In this document: positions 1-8,885 of the stretch, piece by piece
Position numbering within the stretch: the first letter of the stretch is position 1
Layout: the number at the start of each line of letters is the position of its first letter
Source of the DNA: Eledone cirrhosa
Taxonomy: Eukaryota
Reading direction: 5' to 3'
NCBI GenBank assembly: GCA_964016885.1
Contig: OZ024743.1
Coordinates: forward strand, 44,578,001-44,642,000
DNA length: 64,000 nucleotides
Notes under the pieces: model-generated
Seen by the model: the letters and a program-made list of their open reading frames with translations, nothing else
What the model was told of the DNA's origin: nothing
Databases searched by the model: none
Translations under genes and position numbers: made by a program

Positions 1-1784
1 TTTGGGGTTGTTGTGTAGTCTTTTTCTGTGATGCTGGTGTTGTGTTGGATGTAGTGTAATAATTGCTTGTTGTTCAAATTTAATGCTGTGTAGTGTGTAT
101 GGTTTTGGTTGTTTTGTTTTGTTTGCGTTTGTTGTGGGTTTGTTTCTGTTTCGCATTTTGGTGACTTTTGTGGTGTAGGTGATGGTGGTGTTGGGGTTAA
201 TGATGTTGATGGTGTTGGTGTTTGGGTTGATGGGGTTGGTGATGCTGGTGTGGATGGTGGCATATCTGTCCTAACTTTTTTGTTTCTTAGTTTATTTGTT
301 TCCCTCTGTATTTTGTTTTTGGAGGGGGAAGGAAGAGAATTTTTTCTTTTTTGGTTTCTTTTTTTTTTTCCGGATATCGTTTCCCACTCCTCGTCGTCAC
401 AATCTGTCTCCAGTTGTGATAGGCCGGGGAGTGGAAAATCCTCCACAGCCGTTAGTTTTGGTTGTGGTGTGGTGGATGGTGTAGGCGCTGGTGCTAGTTC
501 TGAAGCGTTGGGTGGTGGTGGTGTTGGTTTTGCTGGTGGTGGTAGTGGTGTTGGTTTTGCTACTGTTGCTGGGGTTGTTGCTGTTATAGTTGCTTCTGTT
601 GTTGCTGCTACAGTTGTTGCTGCCATCTCTGCTACTGGTGGTGTTGATGGTTGTGTCACTGGGGTGGGTAGGAGAGGTGGCCTCAACCTTTTAGCCTGAG
701 GGCAGAAAGCCCTTAGGTGGGTTCCTTCACCACAAACGACACACCTAGGTCTTCTGCCCTCGACAATTACCGTGAGGTGGCTGCCGTCAGTGAGGTCTAT
801 TACCTCTGGGATCTCCTCAATGCTTTTTTGGTCCGCTTGGATCAGGAGCTCCATCCCAGATCCGGACCAGTTTTCCTGCTTTTCTTTTGCTACTGCTATT
901 ATTTTCGTGTTGGCTTCGATGCCGGCGAGGACAGCCGCTATTAGCCAGGGAATTTCGATGGCCGGTGGAACGTGGGTCACCCTGATCTTTACGAGTCTCT
1001 GGCCACAATAGCTTGGGACGAGTGTGAGGTCGTCACTTTTTAATGGGGCCATGGAGTGTTCTCTAGCCTCCTCTGGTGTTTCAAAGAACACATCCACGGT
1101 TCCATACTTTTGCCCACGTCTGATGTGGGTTTTTCTTGCCCACACATGTCCCAAAGCTTTTTGGATTTGGGACTCGGATGCCCGTTCCACTCGGCGCGAT
1201 TTTACATTTATTGTTCTATACGACACGGTGCACAGGCGCCGATGCTCCATTTTATTAGGTGGGAGGGTGAAGCTGACCCTGTACCCATCTTTCTTTACCA
1301 TTTGTTTGGCATTTTCTAAATCTTCTTGAGTTACCGTGAACGCTTCGAATTGTTTTGCTACGATGGTGAAACTGAGGGTCGGTTTTATAATGTCATTGTT
1401 GTTGTTGCTATCGTTAATATTAATTTTATTTTCAGTTGTGGTGGTGGTGACGTCAGTCGTCTTTGGTGGGGAAGAGTCCATTTTGCTTGATTTCATTTCG
1501 ACGTCACGAGTTAATTTATTTTTTTCTTCTTTTGTTTCTGTTGTCGCGGTGGTGGTGGTGGTGGTGGTTGTCGCGGTGGTGGTGGTGGTGGAGGGTTTAA
1601 CACCTGCAGTCATTGGTAATGGCGGGAAATGAATGTCTGCCTGAGACAAATTTAAAATATTGCTACTGCTTATATTTTTTTTTGTGTTGGCAAACGTAGT
1701 AACATTTACAATGGTGGTGTCGGTGTGAGGTGTTATTTTGTGAGGAAGGCTTTCAGCTGCTTCGTGCACAGGGGAATTAGCCAT
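1..1784 (-). CDS. Tx1 ORF1 (gag-like, CCHC zinc knuckle, Thr/Pro-rich), partial
   Basis: ATG at 1784 (MANSPVHEAAES...); CVVCGEGTHLRAFC near 700-745 and WETISG near 385 are in the same frame at the points checked; continues past base 1. Confidence 0.75.
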   Translation of the reverse strand, partial: MANSPVHEAAESLPHKITPHTDTTIVNVTTFANTKKNISSSNILNLSQADIHFPPLPMTAGVKPSTTTTTATTTTTTTTATTETKEEKNKLTRDVEMKSSKMDSSPPKTTDVTTTTTENKININDSNNNNDIIKPTLSFTIVAKQFEAFTVTQEDLENAKQMVKKDGYRVSFTLPPNKMEHRRLCTVSYRTINVKSRRVERASESQIQKALGHVWARKTHIRRGQKYGTVDVFFETPEEAREHSMAPLKSDDLTLVPSYCGQRLVKIRVTHVPPAIEIPWLIAAVLAGIEANTKIIAVAKEKQENWSGSGMELLIQADQKSIEEIPEVIDLTDGSHLTVIVEGRRPRCVVCGEGTHLRAFCPQAKRLRPPLLPTPVTQPSTPPVAEMAATTVAATTEATITATTPATVAKPTPLPPPAKPTPPPPNASELAPAPTPSTTPQPKLTAVEDFPLPGLSQLETDCDDEEWETISGKKKRNQKRKNSLPSPSKNKIQRETNKLRNKKVRTDMPPSTPASPTPSTQTPTPSTSLTPTPPSPTPQKSPKCETETNPQQTQTKQNNQNHTHYTALNLNNKQLLHYIQHNTSITEKDYTTTP

Positions 1785-1993
1785 TTTTTTTCAAAGAAAT
1801 TTTTGGATAATAATAAAAGTTAAAATTTTGGGCACAAGGCCCCAATCTTTTTGGGTGTCCTTTTCGGAAAACAATGTATGTGTGCTTATAAACAGTTTAC
1901 AATAAAATTTTCCATAAATGGCAATTTTTAAACAAACGGAAATAACAAACCTTTGCGGAGCTCACGATAATACGATTTCCTACGTAGGTCGCC
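1..1993 (-). mobile_element. Tx1-clade non-LTR retrotransposon copy T1 (5' part: 5'UTR + ORF1; runs off window)
   Basis: Collinear with 23047-25010; 5' end GGCGACCTACGTAG abuts (AAT)n at 1994. Confidence 0.9.
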
Positions 1994-2014
1994 AATAATA
2001 ATAATAATAATAAT

Positions 2015-2810
2015 CATATCGGAGACTGAAGGACTGATTATATCAGCACAAGATCAGTGTCTGCCAACAAAAAATGACCAAGCCAACATAATAAAAAATG
2101 GATGCAACACATTATGCCGTGTATGTAAAAAACAACCAGCGACCATTGATCATATAATTTCATTGTGCAGTCCTATAGCTCCAACCGAATACCTAAACAG
2201 GCATGACAGAGCTGCACAATATATACATTGGATAATGTGTAAGCATTTTGAACTGCCCCATCAAAAGAATTGGTGGGAGCATCAACGACCTCCCATACTT
2301 GAAAAACATCACATCTCAATCTTGTGGAACTTTAGACCGAAAAATAGATGCAAGTAGACCTGATATAATACTGAAGGACTTTAAAAAGAGGGTATGCCTA
2401 CTAATTGATATGTCCGTTCCAATAGACAAGAATGTCCCTATAAAAACATTTGAAAAATTGAGCAAGTATAAAGACCTGGAGATAGAAATTGGAAAAATGT
2501 GGAAATTGAGAACTAAAACAATACCAGTGGTGGTAGACGCTCTAGTAATGATACATAAGGGGTCTAATGATTACTTATCGCAAATCCCAGGAAACCCGCG
2601 TATAGGAGAAATACAAAAGACAGTACTAATGGGAACTGCCCATATACTAAGGCAGATTCTGTCAATATAAGTACATCACAAGTCTAAACACCTAAATATG
2701 CATGTGTGTGTATGTATGTTCTTTCTTGAATATGGCGGACCTTGCTGTCTCTTGAGGTCACTGGTTGTGACTTGGTGATAACTCGTATGAACATGAAGCA
2801 AGATAAATGC
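2015..2810 (+). mobile_element. 5'-truncated R4/Dong family B copy (CCHC + RLE end + 3'UTR)
   Basis: Matches 34650-35452; RHD, RPDII..D and EKLSKY motifs; frameshifted; (AAT)n on both sides. Confidence 0.92.
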
Positions 2811-2811
2811 A

Positions 2812-2842
<31 letters not shown>

Positions 2843-3085
2843 TTTTCTTTATTAACCACAAGGGTTTACATAAATTAGACATTAAGGACAGTACAGGACA
2901 ATACAGGACGGTACAAATGGGCATTTCTGCGTGTAAAAAAAACAGAGGATGTAATAAAATAACAATGAAAAATTCCCCAATAGGGGAGAGACTTCCGAGG
3001 GACATTTGTGGAGAAAGCCCTTTAAAAGGCCACAGTGACCCTGACCACCAGGGCAAGTGCCCTCTCCCAGTTTTCCACCTTTAAT

Positions 3086-6000
3086 TTAAAGACACATACT
3101 CAGAGTAGGCCCATTCACTCGGGCCATACTTATTTCTCTCACCCATCTTTCAACAAAATAATGGGAAGAGAGCACTTCCCTCTCTACCCTGATTTTCCTT
3201 TTCAAATGAAATTTGAAAAAGTTAATCAGGGCATCACCGAAGAGGTAGGTGCTCTCTTCAGCGCTTTCAAACGTGTCCACCATACTGTCCCTTTCGCCAT
3301 GGCCACCAGACAGGTAAAAACTGCCTGCCCTTCCCGGCTAAAGTAAGAGGGCGGGGCAATCCTCAAGATGGACTCAGCTGATAGCTGGATCTGTCCTATA
3401 CGTGACAGCAGGTGTTCGACATAAACCCACAAGTCAGCAATGCTCGGACACTGGACGAGTGCGTGCAGGACGGTTTCGTCGCCCGGCGCGCATCTCGGAC
3501 ATGCCCGCCTGACGGCACCTCCATGCCTGTAGAGTTTATCCCGAACTGGCAAAGCTCCTCGGTAGCACTGCCAGGCCAGCGATTTCTGGAAGTTGTCCAT
3601 AGGCCACGGCCCGAAAGTCCTACCGAAGAGATTGGCTAGTTGATTTTCGTCGACGCCTAAATTTTCTCCAATACGTCGTCGCTCTTCGTCTCCACTAATC
3701 CTCTATAGAAAGCCAAGGTGGAGTTTCCACCGATCACATTGCCCGATTGCTCGAGGGCTGTGAGCGCCTGAAGACATTCCAGTCTCCAAGCGCTCCCTCT
3801 CGGTCTACGCATGACCCAGGACTGGAGACGAGGAGACGAGCGGGGGAAAGACGTTTTTAATGCAAACGGCGACCACACCTGATAACCGTCGAGGAAGAAG
3901 TGGAGACGTCGTAGCCTGAGCGCGTGTCTGCGCATCATCAGCCAAGGCATGCCAGCCCTCCACGTAGCGGGTGTTGACAGCAGATGGACCGCCTGAACAT
4001 CGGAGCGCGTCCCTTCCACAAAAACCGAAAGAGCAAACGCTCCAGCGCAGTCAGGCGGTGCTTAGGACAAGGTACGACAGTCAGGGGGTAGTAGATGACG
4101 GACGCGATGTACACGTTAGCCACCTCCGCTCGACCTTTCAGGGATAGCTTCCACTCCGCCTATTTCTGGGTGAGAGAAGCCACCCTGCTCGTCACCTCGT
4201 CCCAGGTTTTGGTCGTCTGGAGGTCCGGACCGTACCAGAGCCTTAGCAATTTAATTGGTCCGTCCGTCCAGCGCCCGACGACGCTGTTGTACGGCATGGA
4301 CCTGCCTCTTCAGTTGCCGAGCTGCAGGCCCACTGACTTTTCCTGGTTGATCATTGCTCCTGTCACCGCTTCGTATTCTCTTAGTGTAGTGCCGATCGCC
4401 TCGATGTGTTTGGCGTTCAACACCACTACGGTGACATCGTACGCATATGCTGACATGGATCTTCCGCATGCTAGTATGCGCGGGACCACCTCAACGTCTC
4501 CAGTTTGTGCAGTAATGGCTCGAGAGTCAATACGTACAATAGGGACGAGAGGGGACATCCTTGTCGGACCGAGCACATGATATTGAACGGTTCCGAAAGG
4601 TGACCGGTCACTCTCACCACAGAGCAGATGTTGCTGTGGATGGCAGCGATCCAGCCTCTGAAGACGGGCCCAAATCCAGCCGCCTTGAGGACTGCCGCTA
4701 GGTAACGATGGTCGACCCTATCGAAAGCTTTCGACTGATCTAAATTGATCAAAAACACCCACCCGTGCCAGGTTCCCTAGCTACCCTCTCTACGATGTAT
4801 CGCATGAAGTGGAGGTTGTCGTGGATGGAACTGTCAGGAATGGCGCATGTCTGCGCCCCTCCCACCAGACCACCAACGACAAGCGCCAACCTCTTTGCTA
4901 GCACATTGGTCAAAATCTTGAACTCTGTGTTTAGCACAGTTATGGGCCTGAAATTATCTAAGTTATACCCCTTGTTCGGATCCTTTCTGAGCAGTGCTAC
5001 CGCTCCTCGGCTCACAGAGCTGGGAATTCTCCCGTTCTGTTGCCAGTTGCAGTAGACGTCCGCCAAGAGGCCTCCGAACAAGTCTGGCATCTGTACGTAA
5101 AGTTCATAGGGCAGACCATCCAAACCAGGCGATTTACCCCTTGTGCAGCTAGTCATTGCCTCCCGTACTTCAGCTGCTGTTATCCGCTTTTTGCAACACT
5201 CCGCCTCAGTGGCCGAGAGCCGCGGTAGTCCATCGAGGTAGACACTGAAGTCCATCCCTCGACCCGGCCCACCGCTGCCTCCGAACAGCTGAGCGAAGTG
5301 TCGCTGAAAAGCTTCACACGTTTGGCCGGGATCGAGTAGCATGCGCTGGTCGTGGTCCACCAAAGACCGGAGGTGGCTTTGTTGCCACGATTCGCCTCCG
5401 CCACTCGGGCCCATTGAACGGATTTCGGCCCCTCGTATCTGAGAGGACGCACCCTAGCTCTGACAACGCAACCTTCGTGATTTGCATTGAAGAATTGGTC
5501 AAGGGCCAATTTCGCCGCAAGCACCTCGGTCGCGATGCCTTTGCTAAGCGCCTCGTCTAATAACTAACTAGTTCTCCCTCTGCTCTAATTTTCTCTGTTG
5601 CTAAAGCCTTACTAAACCTAATGGATTCTATTCTAATCGCTCTTTTCAGAGCAAACTACCACTTGTTGTTGACGATGGCCCCGTCAACGCCCGCTTAACT
5701 AGTTCGCTAATCCGGTCTCTGTAGGCCTTGCTCGCTGGTAAAGACGCGTTTAGCTTCCAGTAGCCGGGTCCTCGTCTATGAAGCCTATCTAAATCAAGCA
5801 AACATATCACGAATTAGTGATCCGTGTAGCTGACTATCTTGAATTGTGGACAGCCTATGCTAGACCTATCTATTTCCCTACAAAATACTCTATCTAGATA
5901 TGATCTGGATGACCCTATGCGATTTGTCCAAGTCCACATTGGCACATTCGGGAAATCGAATCGGTACCTGTCAGACAGTTCAAAACGCCTGAGCAGGTTG

Positions 6001-6497
6001 GTGAGGCTCTTGCACCCTCCAGCCCTATCCGTTAATCCCACACAGTCCCAGCGTGCATCTAAGATCCCGTTCCAGTCGCCCACTAGCACTAAAGAGCGGG
6101 ACGTTCAAAGAAAGGTCTCCAGACGCCGGAAGAAATCAGGCCGCCCTGCTCCTGTCGGGGCATAGACGGCCACTAGCCTGAAAGCTTGCCCGTCTCCGCT
6201 AGTCACGTCCAGCACCACCAACTTACCCTCTGGGTCCAGGAAGATGGCCCGTATGGCGAGATCCAAACCTCTCCGAAAAAGCACAGCAACTCCTGCCCCC
6301 GATCCAGGACGGCTGGGAGATGCGTACACATCGTAGCCGCCGAAGAGCGGTGCGAACGCCCGTGCTTCGGAGATTCTGGTCTCGCTGATGGCCACTACAT
6401 CTATGTTTCGTGACCTGAGGTCGTTGAGCAGGTGGCCCTGCTTCCATGACGACCCCAAGCCACGCGCATTTATGCTGCCTATTCTGAGTGAGGTCAT
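3086..6497 (-). pseudogene. Tx1 ORF2 (APE endonuclease-RT-zinc knuckle), broken
   Basis: Consecutive ORF fragments 6105-6497, 5814-6089, 5180-5524, 4749-5414, 4471-4758, 3226-3600, 3086-3283. Confidence 0.92.
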
Positions 6498-6532
6498 GTT
6501 TAAAATGGAGTGGAAAAGATGGGAAAGACCAC

Positions 6533-8622
6533 TTACCTTACTTTTCGTAGAGGAAGGATGGTTTCTCCATCCATTTTAACTTGATCGTCTGGTGAAGGGA
6601 CCGTTGAATCGTCCCTTCGGCTGGTCGTCGGCTCTTCTATGAGTATGTCCGAATACACTCTTCGGTTGAGAGTCCGTCCTAGGTCTCTGAAATCACCAAC
6701 TGCGTTGGGGAAGTTTGTTTTAGTGTCTGTATATTGTTTCTGCGCTATTTTTACCAGTCTTATGTTCGTTGGTGTTTTGATTGGTGCTGGTATTATGTTG
6801 TCATGCTGTGAAATGTCTGTGTGTTCAATTATGTAAGTCATTAGTTTCTTGTTGTGTGTATTTATTGCCGTGCATTTGTTTTTCTGGGGGTGGTGTGTGG
6901 TTCTGCTATTTTCTTGTCGTTTTTGCTGGGTGTGTGAGTTTTGTTGTGTTTGCGATGTTGGTGCTTGTGGTGGTGGTGTTGAAGGTGTTGTTGTTGTTGG
7001 CGGTGGGGTTGTCGTCGGAGGTGATGGTGGTGCTAGTGTGGGTGGTGATGGTGCTGGTGGTGTTGCGTCTGTGAGTCTCTTTGCAGTAGCCTTTACCCTT
7101 TTTTCATTTCTTTCCTCCCTTTTCGAAGGCGACGATGCGCTGCTTCTGCGTTTGTGCCTTCTTGCGACCTTTTGCCATCCCTCTCCCACCTCACACTCCA
7201 TGTCTGATTCTGTGAGGTCGGGGAGGGGTACCAGCTCCACTCTTTCACTTCTTGTTGTTGGTGATGTTTGCAGTGGAGTCTCTGTTGGAGCTGCAGTTGG
7301 TATTACTGTTGTTGTTGTTAATACTTCCACTGCTGCTGCTGTTCTTGATTTCCGTGGCGTGGGTATGGGTGTCACGGACCTATCGTTCCTGGTTGCCGCT
7401 TGTCCTGTTGCTGGTAGCAGTGGAGCCGGTTTCGGAAGGAGTGGTTTTTGTTTTCTCCTTTCTCAGGGTCTTCTCGTTGCAGAAGGCCCTGAGGTGAGTC
7501 TTCGATCCACAGCGAAAGCATTTCGGGCGTTTGCCCTCAACACTTATGGGCAGTTGAGTGTCGTTATCGAAGTCTATCACATCCGGGATAGCTTCGATGC
7601 ACTCCTGGTTCGTTTGGATTAACATCTCAATGGAGGTGCCGACCCAATCTTCTCTTACTCTTTTCTGCACTTGCAGTACAGTTGTTTTGTTCTCGCGATT
7701 CCGACGAGGACAGACGCGGCCAGCCAAGAAGGGTCCATCCCGGGGGGGACGTGGGTCAGTTTGACCCTCACAATTTTTTGCCCGCAGTAGGAGGGTACCA
7801 ACACCATTTCCTCGCTCCTTTGCCTCCTGGGGTGTGGAAAAAAGCACTTCTACGGTGGCATATTTCTTGCCTCGGGTGATATGCGTTTTCCGCTGCCACA
7901 CAGACCCTAAGGCTTTTTGTATTTGAGCCTCTGTGGCTCTTTCAACCCTACGGGATTTTGTGCTTACTGTACGGTACGTGACCGTACAGTGCTGTTGGGT
8001 TTCGAAGAACTTTTCGGCTGCCTTGCAGATTGCTCGGTGTCCGGTTTTCGTCACCATCTTCTTCGCTTCCTGTAATTCCTCATTTGTTATGAGGATGGTT
8101 TCCAGGTTCTTTGCGATACCTGCAAATGAGATTGATTTTCTTTGCTGCTGTTGTTGTTGTTATCGTCAGAGCTGCTGTTACTTTTGTTGTTGCTGCAGGT
8201 ACTACGACTATAGCCGCCGCCGCTGTTCCTGTGGTTGTTGTTGTTGTTGCTTCTGCTGCTAATGCTGTTGTTGTTTATGCTGCTGCTGATGCTGTTTTGG
8301 CTGCTACTGTTGTTTACCTTGTCACTGTTGCTGCTGCTGCTGTTATCACGGCTGCTACTGCTATTATTCATGACGTCAGACGAATGAAATGGGTTTTCGT
8401 ATTTACCGCACACCTTTTTCGTCGTTGTCGTCGTCGTGGAGAAATTTTCCCCGCTTTGCTCGTCATTTTTCTTTACTTGCGTCGCTTGCGAAAGAGAAGG
8501 GAGGGGAGAGACACGTTTAGAGAAGGTAGGGAGAGAGACAATCTTCTCTCTGCTGTAGTGACGATTGAGGAAGAAGTCTGAATGAGTGGGAGTGACCTAT
8601 GAAAATTCTTTTTCGTAGCCAT
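6533..8622 (-). pseudogene. Tx1 ORF1 type 2, frameshifted
   Basis: MATKKNF start at 8622; fragments 7380-8057 (CCHC) and 6533-7375 (Pro/Thr-rich, ends LRKVR*). Confidence 0.85.
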
Positions 8623-8835
8623 GTTTTTTTTGTTTAAAATAAATATTGGGCACAAAACCCCAATAAGCGGTTATTTAACCCCAAAGGGCCAAATAACCGG
8701 CAGAAAGAACCCTCTCACAAGGAGGAGGGTGTTTTTGTCTACAATTCGGTTAAAGTTTTAAACAATTTACAATTGTTATAGCTGTCAAAATTTACAATAC
8801 CTTACAGAGCCGAGCCTCCGTCAATCATCGCATTC

Positions 8836-8883
<48 letters not shown>
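8836..8883. repeat. (AAT)16 microsatellite, inter-element target tract
   Basis: Pure AAT run between the T2 5' end and the A1 5' end; similar tracts at 1994, 2812, 13605, 15452, 18927, 19129, 25011, 29609, 31160, 35459, 40290. Confidence 0.98.

Positions 8884-8885
<2 letters not shown>

Larger units (their letters stand above)
2842..8835 (-). mobile_element. Full-length Tx1-clade element copy T2 (ORF1 type 2), frameshifted
   Basis: ORF1 with CFRCGSKTHLRAFC; ORF2 APE (SINARG, GDWN, SYLDR, TDH), RT (GKSPGLDG, DQSKAFDRV, RQGCPLS) and CPRC..H..C; (AAT)n at both ends. Confidence 0.93.

Noticed and set aside
109-699. Long Gly/Val-rich plus-strand ORFs (also 6849-7622, 8111-8581, 23153-23673)
   Set aside because: Antisense shadows of the Pro/Thr-rich Tx1 ORF1.
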